A stretch of DNA of 64,000 bases from Chitinophagaceae bacterium (GTDB lineage: Bacteria; Bacteroidota; Bacteroidia; Chitinophagales; Chitinophagaceae), in the NCBI GenBank assembly GCA_023251255.1, contig JAHEZD010000031.1:3385-67384 (forward strand), read 5' to 3'. This document shows, piece by piece, positions 8,609-19,190 of this stretch; positions within the stretch are counted from its first letter, which is position 1; the number at the start of each line of letters is the position of its first letter. The notes beneath the pieces are model-generated. The model saw only the letters and a program-made list of their open reading frames with translations, had not been told where the DNA came from and made no database searches. A program made the position numbers and the translations under genes.

Positions 8609-9498
8609 AATTGCTCCACGAATTTATAGAGATTGATCTCCCCTTCTTTTGCTATCATCTCTTTCAATACTTTTTTATCAATGCTTTTCATCTTTTTTTG
8701 CTGGATAAGATGAAATGCTTTTTCAGCCAGTAGCCAATATTTTTTATCGGAAGATTGAATCAATTGCTGATTAGCGATGATTTTTTCCAGTAACTCCTTT
8801 GTTCCTTCTTTTTGTGCAGCAATGGTTTTTACAATAGCAACTTCATTTTGTTTATAATGGAAGGCTGGGGCCAGCATCATCCGCAGGTTCCTTACAAAAG
8901 CATCCGCATCGGGCCTATCTGCCTTGTTTACTACGAATAAGTCTGCAATTTCCATAAGCCCAGCTTTCATGGTCTGTACTTCATCACCAGCTTCTGGAAC
9001 CACCACCACAACTGTTGTGTCAGCAAGGCCTGCAATTTCAATTTCACTTTGACCTACCCCTACCGTTTCTACAATAATGAAATCAAAATTTGCGGCTTTC
9101 ATTATATCAGCAATCTCAATGATTTTTGGGTGCAGCCCACCTAGGCTTCCCCTTGTTGCCAATGAACGGATAAACACATTGGGATGGTTGTACCATTCAC
9201 TCATCCTGATCCTGTCTCCCAATAATGCCCCTAAATTGAATGGGGATGAAGGGTCCACACAAATAATGCCAACGCTTTTGTTTTGCTGCACAATCTCACC
9301 AATTAGCGCATCTACTAAAGTACTTTTACCTGCTCCAGGAGGACCGGTAATACCAATAATTTTCGAAGATGAAGGTGGCAATCGCTGTAATAAGCTTTCA
9401 TAGCCTACCACTTCATTCTCCACCAATGAAATGCTCCTTGCCAAGGATTTTATATTGCCTTCTTGTATATCCGTTAATAATTGCTGCCACATAATCAA
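8605..9498 (-). CDS. meaB: methylmalonyl-CoA mutase-associated GTPase MeaB/ArgK family
   Basis: P-loop GITGPPGAGKSTLVDAL, DPSS, ETVGVGQSE and NKAD motifs characteristic of MeaB/ArgK G3E GTPases. Confidence 0.85.
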   Translation of the reverse strand: MIMWQQLLTDIQEGNIKSLARSISLVENEVVGYESLLQRLPPSSSKIIGITGPPGAGKSTLVDALIGEIVQQNKSVGIICVDPSSPFNLGALLGDRIRMSEWYNHPNVFIRSLATRGSLGGLHPKIIEIADIMKAANFDFIIVETVGVGQSEIEIAGLADTTVVVVVPEAGDEVQTMKAGLMEIADLFVVNKADRPDADAFVRNLRMMLAPAFHYKQNEVAIVKTIAAQKEGTKELLEKIIANQQLIQSSDKKYWLLAEKAFHLIQQKKMKSIDKKVLKEMIAKEGEINLYKFVEQF

Positions 9499-10256
9499 AA
9501 CTTGTTTTTTTGAATGTGCATCAATTTTGCGTACTTCAATAATGTTTGGTAGGCAATGGTCTTGGCAAGGATGAAACCATCTGTTCCGTCCATAAAGCCA
9601 GCCTTGAAAATATACCCGCTAATGAATGCCATAGATGGATTTACGATCAGGTTCAATGCAGAAGCTCGTTTACCTTTATCATACATGGCCTGTGCCTGAA
9701 TGGTTGTGAACTTATTGGCTTGTGTCACAACTTCTTCCAAGCTACTGTAGCTGTAGTGAAGTATATCGCCTTTGACATATTCACAAGTTGAGCCTGCTGC
9801 TATTTCAATCCTGTCATGTGGGTTAACACCTGCCCATTTTGCTTTTTGCTTATTGAACAAACGGATTTTCTTATCAGGATACCAAGTGCCATGCTTTATC
9901 CACTTGCCACAGAAACTGGTACAACGGTTCATCTTATAACTGTCTGCTTGAGAGCCTTGTTGCTTAATTTGTAAAATGGCTTCTTTCAATGGTTCGTCCA
10001 GTGCTTCATCTGCATCAAGGCTCAAAACAAAGTCGTACTTGGTTTGCCCAACAGCAAAATTCTTCTGCTCAATATAACCAAGAAATTTCTGCTCAATAAA
10101 ATGGACTCCTAATTCTGTACAAATGTTTTTTGTATTATCTGTAGAGAGGGAGTCCACCACTATAATTTCATCCGCAACACCCTGTAAGCTTTCTAGGCAT
10201 CGACGGATGTTTTTTTCTTCGTTGAAAGTAATAATGGTAGCAGAAATAAGTTGCAT
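9495..10256 (-). CDS. glycosyltransferase family 2
   Basis: MQLISATIITFNEEKNIRRCLESL...VVDSLSTDNT...LDADE (GT-A fold with DxD). I prefer the ATG at 10256. Confidence 0.75.
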   Translation of the reverse strand: MQLISATIITFNEEKNIRRCLESLQGVADEIIVVDSLSTDNTKNICTELGVHFIEQKFLGYIEQKNFAVGQTKYDFVLSLDADEALDEPLKEAILQIKQQGSQADSYKMNRCTSFCGKWIKHGTWYPDKKIRLFNKQKAKWAGVNPHDRIEIAAGSTCEYVKGDILHYSYSSLEEVVTQANKFTTIQAQAMYDKGKRASALNLIVNPSMAFISGYIFKAGFMDGTDGFILAKTIAYQTLLKYAKLMHIQKNKF

Positions 10257-10336
10257 AACTGCCCGAAGGTAAAGAAGCATATTAAGAAACTCTCCACTCA
10301 ATCTTTCATCATCAGTTCTTAGATTTGTTACCATTT

Positions 10337-10972
10337 ATGACAAATCTTGTTCCCATATTCCCGTTGAGCATTGTTGTTTATCCTGGCGAAAATTTGAACC
10401 TGCACATTTTCGAACCGCGTTACAGACAATTGGTCAATGATTGTTTTAGCAGTAAGAGACCTTTTGGCATTCCTGCCATGATGGACAGTGGCGTTGCAGA
10501 AATGGGCACTTTATTGGAGGTGGTTGAAATAGTTGAACTGTATGAAGATGGCAAGATGGACATCAAAACAAAGGGCATCAAAATATTTCGAGTACTTGAA
10601 ATCATTAAATCATTACCTGAGAAACTGTATGATGGGGCCATTGTTACTTATCCCAATAATGATGAAAGGCAACATGTCAATTTGATGCAGCAGGTACTTG
10701 CAGATGTGAGGGATTTGCACCGGTTAATACATGTAACCAAGGATTTTAAGAAACCAGACGATGAACTGGTAAGCTATGATATTGCCCACCACGCCGGCCT
10801 TAACCTATCCGAGGAATATGAACTGCTTTCTTTAATGCGGGAGGACCAGCGTCTACAGTATTTGAAAAAACATTTAGCCAAAGTTCTTCCTATTGCTTCG
10901 GGTATGGAAAACCTAAAGGAAAAAATTCAGCTCAACGGCCATTTTAAAGAGTTGAAAGGTTTTAACCTATAA
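10337..10972 (+). CDS. LON N-terminal (substrate-binding) domain protein
   Basis: IFPLSIVVYPGENLNLHIFEPRYRQLV is the typical start of the LON substrate-binding domain. About 210 aa, with no ATPase or protease part. Confidence 0.75.
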   Translation: MTNLVPIFPLSIVVYPGENLNLHIFEPRYRQLVNDCFSSKRPFGIPAMMDSGVAEMGTLLEVVEIVELYEDGKMDIKTKGIKIFRVLEIIKSLPEKLYDGAIVTYPNNDERQHVNLMQQVLADVRDLHRLIHVTKDFKKPDDELVSYDIAHHAGLNLSEEYELLSLMREDQRLQYLKKHLAKVLPIASGMENLKEKIQLNGHFKELKGFNL

Positions 10973-11742
10973 TGTTCAACTTCGCAACTATGCAAACAAC
11001 TCTTTGCTTCGATTTCGGCAACACACGTTTAAAATGTGCAGTCTTCAACAACCATGATTTATTGGAAGTGGTGGTAATGGAAAATGATTCCGTAGAAACC
11101 GTTGAGACCATTATCCAGCAATACCTGCCCACAAAATCAATCCTTTCTTCCGTTATTAACCATAATCCTGCAATGGAACATCTGTTGCAGGAGAAAACCC
11201 AATTCCATAAGCTCAGCCATTTAAGTAAGCTTCCTTTTACGACACCAGTTGGCAAGCCAGAAACAATTGGAGCTGATCGGTTGGCTTTATGCGCTGCGGC
11301 TGTTCATCTGTTTCCAGAAAAGCACAATTTGGCTATTGGATTAGGGACCTGCATTACCTATAATTTCATTAATAGCCAGCATCAATTTTTAGGTGGAAGC
11401 ATTTCGCCTGGTATGAACATGCGTTTTAGGGCCATGCATGAACAGACGACTTTATTGCCCATGATACAGGCGGAGCATAATTTTCCATTGATTGGTTATG
11501 ACACCAAAACAAATCTTTTAAGTGGTGTTATACTAGGTATGGATAAGGAAATTGACGGTATCATTGAGCTTTATGAAGAAAAATATGGCAACTTTAACGT
11601 GCTGCTAACAGGGGGGGATATGGGTTTTTTTGTCTCTCACCTTAAAAAGAAGATATTTGCCGACCCTTACTTAATCTATAAAGGCTTATATGCAATTAAC
11701 GAGTTCAATGACCCGCAAGGTCAGTTCTATTATTTTGGCTAG
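10972..11742 (+). CDS. coaX: type III pantothenate kinase
   Basis: LCFDFGNTRLKCAVF..., GADR, GTC.T, GG...PG and TGG motifs of CoaX. The start overlaps the upstream stop (TAATG). Confidence 0.85.
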   Translation: MFNFATMQTTLCFDFGNTRLKCAVFNNHDLLEVVVMENDSVETVETIIQQYLPTKSILSSVINHNPAMEHLLQEKTQFHKLSHLSKLPFTTPVGKPETIGADRLALCAAAVHLFPEKHNLAIGLGTCITYNFINSQHQFLGGSISPGMNMRFRAMHEQTTLLPMIQAEHNFPLIGYDTKTNLLSGVILGMDKEIDGIIELYEEKYGNFNVLLTGGDMGFFVSHLKKKIFADPYLIYKGLYAINEFNDPQGQFYYFG

Positions 11743-13039
11743 TGTTTTATGGCTGACTACTGCTTCTGCCCAAGAGAATTCCCCTTATTCCAGATATGGT
11801 TTGGGTGATATACAACCAGCCCAGCACATTTTAAGTAGGGGCATGGCCGGCGTGTCTGTGGCTTTTTCCGATGCTCAGACAGTGAATTTCAGCAATGCCG
11901 CTTCTTTTGCCAATTTACGCATCGTTACTTATGATTTGGCACTTTCAATAGATTCGAGAACATTACGCAATACAAATTCCCCCGAAAAATACAATTCTAC
12001 CAATTTTGCTCCCTCTTATTTGGCATTGGGGCTTCCCATTAACAGGAAGAAGCAGATAGGTGCTGCTTTTGGTATAAGACCAATAAGCCGTATCAATTAT
12101 TCTGTTTCAAAGACTGAAAGGCTCAATAATATCGATAGTCTTGAAACACTATATGAAGGCACAGGCGGTCTCAACCAATTCTTTGCAGGCATCGGTAAAA
12201 AATGGAAGGGCTTGAGTTTGGGTGTTATGTTTGGTTACAATTTTGGAAGGAAGGAAACCAGTACCAAGATTGCTTTAGTAAATGATACAGTGGCATATTA
12301 CAAAGCTAATTATTCAACGGCCACAACTTTTGGGGGAGCGTTTGTAAACGCAGGTTTGCAATATGAATTCCTTTTGGATTCCACTTTTATCAAGGATAAA
12401 GGCATGAAAATCCATGTACTGCGATTTGGCGCCAGCGGAACATTGGGCCAGAAACTATATGCGAAACAGGATACACAGAGGGAAACCTTCAACTACGATG
12501 CGTCGGGCGGGGTCTTTAAAATAGACAGTGTATATGCTGTTACAGATGTAAAAGGTAGAATCGAGATTCCAAGTACTTATACAGTGGGCTTTTTGTTTCA
12601 GGAATCATTGGCTGGAATAGTTGATGTTTGGTCTGTTGGTGCAGAGTTTACAGCAACCAAATGGAGCGATTACCGTTTTTATAACCAAGCAGATGCCGTA
12701 ACAAATAACTGGCAATTAAGGGTTGGTGGACAATGGGCCCCTGATCCAACCAATTTCAGGAACTATTTAAGTCGTGTTACTTACCGTGCAGGTTTCCACT
12801 TCGGAAAGGATTATATCAACGCTGATGGCAAGGAACTGAAAAATTATGGGGTAACAATTGGTTTCGGCCTTCCTGTGCGTCAGCCAAGGTACAGCCCCAA
12901 TCAATTCACCACTTTACATACTGCGCTGGAGTTTGGTAAGCGTGGTAGCAACGTGAACAGCATTACAGAGAGTTATTTTAGGTTTTCTTTGGGACTTAGT
13001 TTAAGCGATATTTGGTTCATTAAACGTAAGTATGATTAA
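11708..13039 (+). CDS. uncharacterised outer-membrane beta-barrel protein (conserved coaX-lptC neighbour)
   Basis: Signal peptide ..LWLTTASAQ, then ENSPYSRYGLGD. Gly/aromatic-rich strands with a C-terminal aromatic residue. Confidence 0.5.
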   Translation: MTRKVSSIILASVLWLTTASAQENSPYSRYGLGDIQPAQHILSRGMAGVSVAFSDAQTVNFSNAASFANLRIVTYDLALSIDSRTLRNTNSPEKYNSTNFAPSYLALGLPINRKKQIGAAFGIRPISRINYSVSKTERLNNIDSLETLYEGTGGLNQFFAGIGKKWKGLSLGVMFGYNFGRKETSTKIALVNDTVAYYKANYSTATTFGGAFVNAGLQYEFLLDSTFIKDKGMKIHVLRFGASGTLGQKLYAKQDTQRETFNYDASGGVFKIDSVYAVTDVKGRIEIPSTYTVGFLFQESLAGIVDVWSVGAEFTATKWSDYRFYNQADAVTNNWQLRVGGQWAPDPTNFRNYLSRVTYRAGFHFGKDYINADGKELKNYGVTIGFGLPVRQPRYSPNQFTTLHTALEFGKRGSNVNSITESYFRFSLGLSLSDIWFIKRKYD

Positions 13040-13607
13040 TTGTTTCAGGAGTATTAATAATATTGGGGCAGCCTTGTTAATAGGCTGCTTTTTTATGTGC
13101 AGTTGTGAAAACAATTTAAAAGCGGTGCAGGATTTGGGTAAGAGCAAGCCTGGTGTTGAGGAGGGAAAGAATATCGAAAGTTTTTTGAGCCAAAGTGGAA
13201 AAATGAAGGCCAAACTAGTTTCACCATTAATGCTGCGGTATTTATTGGATACGCCAAGAGTAGAATTTCCCAATAAATTACATGTGGATTTTTACGATAG
13301 CCTAATAACTGTAGAAAGCCAGTTGAACAGTAAATATGGTCGGTATTTTGAAAACCAGAACCAGGTTTTCCTAAGGGATAGTGTGGTGGTGTTCAGCAGA
13401 AAAGGAGATACATTATGGACAGATGAACTTTATTGGGACCAGAACAAAGGGGAATTCTTTACGGACAAGAGAGTAAGGGTAAAACAGGATGGCAATACCA
13501 AGTACATCCATAGCATAGGCATGAGGTCCAATCTCAATTTCACCAATATTACTTTTTACAATATCCAATCCGATTCTTACATGATTATAAAAGATACAAC
13601 CCATTGA
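13032..13607 (+). CDS. lptC: LPS export periplasmic protein LptC (lipoprotein-type leader)
   Basis: About 190 aa. Leader ..LLIGCFFMCSC. ..F.NQNQVFLRDSVVVFS..GDTLWTDELYWDQNKGEFFTDKRVRV resembles Bacteroidota LptC, and the synteny with a gldE-like gene fits. Confidence 0.5.
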   Translation: MINCFRSINNIGAALLIGCFFMCSCENNLKAVQDLGKSKPGVEEGKNIESFLSQSGKMKAKLVSPLMLRYLLDTPRVEFPNKLHVDFYDSLITVESQLNSKYGRYFENQNQVFLRDSVVVFSRKGDTLWTDELYWDQNKGEFFTDKRVRVKQDGNTKYIHSIGMRSNLNFTNITFYNIQSDSYMIIKDTTH

Positions 13608-13650
13608 GTTTTTTGGGTTATAGGAATCATTTTTTCCATACTTTCGATAT

Positions 13651-14910
13651 ATGGCTGAACTATTGTACACCATTGGTTACATACTGATCACACTTGTTTT
13701 GATAGGCTTCTTTGCAGGCTATGAAATAGCTTTTGTAAGTGCCAATAGGTTAAGTATTGAATTGAAGAAGAAGCAAGGTAAGAGCAGTGGTATTATCGTT
13801 TCAAAGTTTTTGGAAGAGCCTGCAAAATTCATTGGAAGTTGCCTTATTGGCCTTAATGTTTTCTTGGTAATTTATGGGTTGCTTTTCAGTCAGTTAATAC
13901 ATGGCATAGTCTGGAAACTCTTCCATGTTAAAGTTCAATATTTTGGCCTGCTGCTGGATACTATCATTTCGACTTTTGTTGTGCTGATACTAGGTGAGTT
14001 TATTCCTAAGGCTATCTTTCGTGCGAAGAATGATGTACTGGTGAGTTTTTTTGCACCTGTAGCCAATTTCTTCCACAAGATTTTTTCCCCATTCGCTAAT
14101 TTTTTCGTGAGCATAGCCCAATGGATATTGAAGTACATGTTTAATGTAAGGGTGAATGAAAAAGAAGAAGCGTTTTCCCATGTGGACCTTGAACATTTCT
14201 TCCAGCAGACAAAGGACCAGGATGAAGAGAATGTGGATTTGAACAAGGAACTTTTTGCCAATGCACTCAGCTTGCCAATGGTCAAGATAAGACAATGTCT
14301 TGTACCGAGAACAGAAATAGAATCCATTGAAATCAACGCTACTGTGGAAGAAGCAAGAAGCCAGTTCATTAGTACAAAGCTGACCAGGTTAGTGGTTTTT
14401 GATGACAATATTGATAATATCCTTGGCTATATCCATCAATTGGACCTTTTTCAAAAACCTGCTGATATAAAATCAATCCTGCTACCCATTCCTGCGGTGC
14501 CTGAAAGCATGAGTGCCACGGATTTAATGGCCAAGTTTACCAAGGAAAGAAAGAGCATAGCTTGGGTAGTAGATGAATTTGGTGGTACTGCTGGTATTGT
14601 GACCATGGAAGATGTTCTGGAAGAAATCTTTGGTGAAATACAGGATGAATATGATACAGAAGAATTTGTTGAAAAGCAACTGGCCGAAAAGGAGTTCATT
14701 TTCAGTGGAAGGTTGGAACTTGACTATATCAATGAGAAATATAATCTTGAATTCAACGTTGACGAATCAGAAACCCTTTCTGGCTATATCATCAACAATC
14801 ACGAAACTATACCAAAACTTAAGGACACCATTATCATAGACAATTACCAATTCGATATTTTGAATGTAAGTGATACAAGGATTGAAATGGTGAAATTGAA
14901 AGTCCTCTGA
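13651..14910 (+). CDS. CNNM/HlyC-CorC family transporter (DUF21 + CBS pair + CorC_HlyC; GldE-like)
   Basis: N-terminal 4-TM DUF21 with GEF.PK, central CBS-like repeats, and a C-terminal ..GYI......IP..GD.I......F.I.......I..V.L transporter-associated domain. Confidence 0.8.
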   Translation: MAELLYTIGYILITLVLIGFFAGYEIAFVSANRLSIELKKKQGKSSGIIVSKFLEEPAKFIGSCLIGLNVFLVIYGLLFSQLIHGIVWKLFHVKVQYFGLLLDTIISTFVVLILGEFIPKAIFRAKNDVLVSFFAPVANFFHKIFSPFANFFVSIAQWILKYMFNVRVNEKEEAFSHVDLEHFFQQTKDQDEENVDLNKELFANALSLPMVKIRQCLVPRTEIESIEINATVEEARSQFISTKLTRLVVFDDNIDNILGYIHQLDLFQKPADIKSILLPIPAVPESMSATDLMAKFTKERKSIAWVVDEFGGTAGIVTMEDVLEEIFGEIQDEYDTEEFVEKQLAEKEFIFSGRLELDYINEKYNLEFNVDESETLSGYIINNHETIPKLKDTIIIDNYQFDILNVSDTRIEMVKLKVL

Positions 14911-15029
14911 TTTGTATAAAAATGATATCTAGTAGCCTGTTTTATTATCGGAACGGGGGTTTTGTTTAAATGCTCCAAAAAAGGAGCAGAACAAAAATTT
15001 CCTTAGCTTACCATCTCGAAAAAAATTGC

Positions 15030-17882
15030 ATGGGTCAATCTTCTGCTACAATACCAATAGATTATTCAGGATTGCTTGCTACATGTCTCAATCAGCTAAT
15101 CCTTTCGGACAACTTAAAAGAAGCACTCCAAATTGTTTCAGGTACTGTAGGTCGGGCAGCCAATGCAGATTGTTGTTTTTTTGTCCAGAACGAGGGAGCT
15201 ACTTCCAATAGCGATAGATATGCGGTAAAAAGTTATTGGCCCCATAATGATGCAACTACGGATATCATAGAACAATTCCTGCAATCTCGCTTTTTACAGT
15301 TTCCTGAAATAGAGAATTTAAGTGCAAACAAACAGATTTATGCTACAGGTGGTAAATCTTCTGTCGAGTTGGGACAATTGCTTGAACAGGCATCATTACA
15401 GAGCATTTTAGTGGTGCCAATTATTAGTTCAGAAGAGTTTTGGGGCCTATTAATCTTGGCTTATATGGTCAAAAGGGATTGGCCGGACGAATTGGTTGCT
15501 GCATTGCAGACCCTTGTAATTGCCATTGGTTCGTCAGTTGCATCACATCAAGTACAGCAGCAACTGTACCATCGCAACGAAGTGTATGAAACCACCTTGG
15601 CCACGTTGAACGAACTGATTTGGGAGATGGACCTGCGTAACAACAAAATCCGCATCATGGGTTTTGCGCCACGTATTGGTTCCTACGATGGCAACGAAAT
15701 TGATATTGATTACAGAAGGGACTTATCAATCCAAGTCCATCCAGAAGATAGCGAAAGGGTTATCAAGCATTTTGATGAGTTCCTAAAGAAAGGGAACAAT
15801 GCCACATCAGAAGAAACCTACAGGACCTTGAATGCAGGCGGCAATGAATATATCTGGGTGCAAAGTAGACGCACCCTGCTTTGTGATGAATTCGGTAATC
15901 CTGCCATTGTAGTGGGCACTACTGCTGACATAACCGACAACCGTTTGGTAGAAGTGGAACTTCAGAAGCACAAGGAACAAAATGAATTTTTGGTCCAGAT
16001 GCTGCAGGAAAGCAATGAAAAACTGAATACCATCCTTAACAGCAGCAAGGAAATCATCTTGACCATTGATTTGCAAACAGGTCAAATAGAAAATGTAAAC
16101 GATGCTATCCGAATACTGGGCTATTCACCTCAGGAGTGGATTGGTGAATACTATACAAAATGGACACTCGAAAAACGCAGGCGTTTCCATGAACTTTTGA
16201 AACATGCCAGTGAAAGTGATTCAGTGAGCAGGAGCCAACAAATAATCTTTGCCAACAAAGACAATACAGTCAACATTCCCTTTGAATTTTCAACCTCCTT
16301 GTTCTATTTCAAAAACAAGAAATATTTGCTTTGTGTACTCCGCGATATAAGGGAAAGATTGGAGTATGAAAAAAACCTGAACAAGGTAACAGAACAGCTT
16401 ACACATCTTATTAATAATATCGATGATGTATATGCCATCTTCAATCTAAAGGAAAACCGCTACGAGTTTATAAGTGATAATCTCGAAGGTTTTTTTGGTT
16501 GCGATAAGAACGAGTTTATGCAACATGGACTTTTTTGGAGAGAGATTATCCATATAGAAGATAGTTCAGGCATTGTGAAGCAGATGGAAGAAGTAATCAA
16601 GAACAAAAGTCGCGGCGAATTTTTTTACCGCATTACCACTCCCGTTGGTGAAACAAAAATGTTGCTTGAAAAGATTACTGTGGCTCTTGACGATGACGGT
16701 AATGCGGATAAGGTATATATTGTAAAATCAGATTACACCCATATTGAGAACGCCGAACAGAGCCTTATTGAAAGTGAAAGGAAATTCCGTTTCATATCAG
16801 AAAACATTACAGACTTCATTTCGATTATTGATAATGATGGGAAGTTCCTCTATGCATCGCCATCTGCACAGAACGTTATTGGTTATAATCCCGATGAGCT
16901 CATTGATGAGAACAGCATCTATATTATCCATCCCGATGATGTAAAAATATTTATCGAAGAAACATTGGAAAAGGCCGTTTTTGAAAAGAAGGAATCACAG
17001 ATACGCTATAGACTGCTATCAAAAACGGGTGAGTACCGCTGGGCAGAGACCCATTATAAGCCTATTATTGATGCTATGGGCAATACCACCTCCATTATTT
17101 GCTCCACAAGGGATGTCACCGATCGTGAACAACTGATGAAAGATTTGGAACAGGCGTTGGTGAAGGAACGTGAGTTGAATGAGTTACGTTCCCAATTTGT
17201 ATCAACAGCATCCCACCAGTTCCGGACACCGTTAACCGTAATCCATAGTGGAGTGGAGCTGATGGAAATATACTTGGAGGGATTGTCGGAAACGAAGCAA
17301 AAGCCCTTTCAAAAGCAGTTTAACCGGATTCAGGGAGAAGTAATCCGCTTGCAGGACCTAATGAATGATGTGCTTTTATTGGGAAGAGCAGATGCCAGTA
17401 GAACGCCTTTTAAACCTGAAAACAGGGACCTTGTTGACTTTTGTGAGGAATTGATTGAAAGCAAGTACAATAACCGCTATCCAAAGGGGAGGAAAGTAGT
17501 GCTCAGTGTTTCCGGAAAAATACAATCTGTTTTCTTTGACCCCAAGCTTCTGGACCATGCCCTGGAAAATATATTGAGCAATGCTTACAAATATTCCAAT
17601 AAAGGAAATATTGAGATGCAATTGAAATTTGATTATGAAAACGTGAATATTGCCATTACTGATAAAGGGATTGGCATACCTGAAAGTGACTTGGGCAATC
17701 TCTTCCAGCCGTTTTACAGAGCAGGAAATACAACGGAAATTGAAGGTACAGGGCTGGGACTTTCTATTGTAAAGGAATTCATAGATAAGCATGATGGGCA
17801 AATTTTTGTTGTAAGCGAATTAAATAAAGGCACCACAGTTAACGTTATATTACCTTTAAAGGGGGCTAACCTTAACCCTTAA
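15030..17882 (+). CDS. cytoplasmic multi-sensor histidine kinase (GAF + several PAS/PAC + HisKA + HATPase_c)
   Basis: H-box FVSTASHQFRTPLT, N-box LSNAYKYS, DKGIGIP and GTGLGLSIV. The repeated W.........RDITER/TDREQ pattern is typical of PAS/PAC. No TM segment is evident. Confidence 0.85.
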   Translation: MGQSSATIPIDYSGLLATCLNQLILSDNLKEALQIVSGTVGRAANADCCFFVQNEGATSNSDRYAVKSYWPHNDATTDIIEQFLQSRFLQFPEIENLSANKQIYATGGKSSVELGQLLEQASLQSILVVPIISSEEFWGLLILAYMVKRDWPDELVAALQTLVIAIGSSVASHQVQQQLYHRNEVYETTLATLNELIWEMDLRNNKIRIMGFAPRIGSYDGNEIDIDYRRDLSIQVHPEDSERVIKHFDEFLKKGNNATSEETYRTLNAGGNEYIWVQSRRTLLCDEFGNPAIVVGTTADITDNRLVEVELQKHKEQNEFLVQMLQESNEKLNTILNSSKEIILTIDLQTGQIENVNDAIRILGYSPQEWIGEYYTKWTLEKRRRFHELLKHASESDSVSRSQQIIFANKDNTVNIPFEFSTSLFYFKNKKYLLCVLRDIRERLEYEKNLNKVTEQLTHLINNIDDVYAIFNLKENRYEFISDNLEGFFGCDKNEFMQHGLFWREIIHIEDSSGIVKQMEEVIKNKSRGEFFYRITTPVGETKMLLEKITVALDDDGNADKVYIVKSDYTHIENAEQSLIESERKFRFISENITDFISIIDNDGKFLYASPSAQNVIGYNPDELIDENSIYIIHPDDVKIFIEETLEKAVFEKKESQIRYRLLSKTGEYRWAETHYKPIIDAMGNTTSIICSTRDVTDREQLMKDLEQALVKERELNELRSQFVSTASHQFRTPLTVIHSGVELMEIYLEGLSETKQKPFQKQFNRIQGEVIRLQDLMNDVLLLGRADASRTPFKPENRDLVDFCEELIESKYNNRYPKGRKVVLSVSGKIQSVFFDPKLLDHALENILSNAYKYSNKGNIEMQLKFDYENVNIAITDKGIGIPESDLGNLFQPFYRAGNTTEIEGTGLGLSIVKEFIDKHDGQIFVVSELNKGTTVNVILPLKGANLNP

Positions 17883-17891
17883 CCAAACACT

Positions 17892-19004
17892 ATGGAACAA
17901 CAAGCCAAAATCCTGGTAATTGAAGACGATGAAAATATCAGGGAAAACATTCAGGAACTATTGGAAGCAAAAGGCTACCATGTGAAGTCTGCTTCCAATG
18001 GTAAGCAGGGTGTGCTGGAAGCTATCGATTACAGGCCATCATTGATTCTCTGCGATGTTATGATGCCCAAAATGGATGGTTTCAAGGTATTGGAATACAT
18101 CCGTAAAACATCTACCATTCAAAGCACTCCGTTTATTTTCCTTACTGCAAAAGTGGACATGCAGGATGTTAGGCATGGTATGGAATTGGGGGCAGATGAT
18201 TACCTTACTAAACCATTCACTACAAAGGACTTGATTAACGCCATTGAAATCAGGCTAAAAAAACAGCAGAAAGTGGTAGGTGAATATGCCAAGGTAAAGC
18301 ATGAACTGGATACAACCGTTTTTGCTACTTACTACCATGAATTCAATACACCATTGCATGGCATTATTGGAGGATTGAACCTATTGATCAATGCAAGGGA
18401 ATCCTTTACAGATAAGCAGATACATGAATTGTTACTATCCATACTTAAATCAGGTTTACGATTGAACCATTCATTGGCCAACCTGATGCTTTTTGAAGAA
18501 ATAAAACGTGCAGAGGTTTATACCGAACTATTGAGCATGTTCAGTAACGGGAAAACTTCCGGACAATGGCCCAAACGTTTGCAAACGGAACTGCAAACCA
18601 TGGCAAAGGAAATTTATAACCGCGCTAGTGATTTGAATTTCGATATGGAACAAATCGATCTCAATATCAACCCGGAATACCTGCTACGAATTGTACTGGA
18701 ACTTACAGACAATGCTTTGAAGTTCTCCAAAAGCGGACAAAAAGTTCATGTTACGGGCAAAAAAGAAGGGGATAATTACATCATTGAAGTAAGGGATATT
18801 GGCCGGGGCTTTGTTCTGAATAGCCTTGATGATATTGCACCTTTCAAACAGTTCAAGCGAGCTAAGTTTGAACAGCAAGGTTTGGGCATTGGTCTATACT
18901 TGGTAAAACGTTTGCTGGAATTCAACCAAGGGGAACTAAGAGTTGTTTCTTCGGAAGAGGAAGGAACAACGGTTACTGTATTACTTCCATCTTTGGATCT
19001 GTAA
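17892..19004 (+). CDS. response-regulator receiver fused to a histidine-kinase core (REC-HisKA-HATPase)
   Basis: REC: ILVIEDDENIRE...ILCDVMMPKMDG...FLTAK...GADDYLTKPF. The H-box YHEFNTPLHGI, DNALKFS, DIGRGF and GLGIGLYLV follow. It starts 9 nt after the upstream kinase stop. Confidence 0.8.
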   Translation: MEQQAKILVIEDDENIRENIQELLEAKGYHVKSASNGKQGVLEAIDYRPSLILCDVMMPKMDGFKVLEYIRKTSTIQSTPFIFLTAKVDMQDVRHGMELGADDYLTKPFTTKDLINAIEIRLKKQQKVVGEYAKVKHELDTTVFATYYHEFNTPLHGIIGGLNLLINARESFTDKQIHELLLSILKSGLRLNHSLANLMLFEEIKRAEVYTELLSMFSNGKTSGQWPKRLQTELQTMAKEIYNRASDLNFDMEQIDLNINPEYLLRIVLELTDNALKFSKSGQKVHVTGKKEGDNYIIEVRDIGRGFVLNSLDDIAPFKQFKRAKFEQQGLGIGLYLVKRLLEFNQGELRVVSSEEEGTTVTVLLPSLDL

Positions 19005-19110
19005 TAATCAGATTGCAGGTTAATAGTTGGTACTGTTTGCAAAATGGTTCTCGTAGCAGCTTTCTTCGCCCAATCTCTGGAAATAATCTTACTTGGTCAC
19101 TATACTGTTT

Positions 19111-19143
19111 AAACCAGCCTTTCAAGGTTGGTTTAATTTTTTT
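19111..19143 (+). terminator. rho-independent terminator after the kinase pair
   Basis: AAACCAGCC (19111-19119) / GGTTGGTTT (19126-19134), 9 bp including one G-U pair, then AATTTTTTT. Confidence 0.65.
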
Positions 19144-19190
19144 GCATACAGCATCCCTATAACTTTGCGCTTCACAACTATTAAAAGAAT

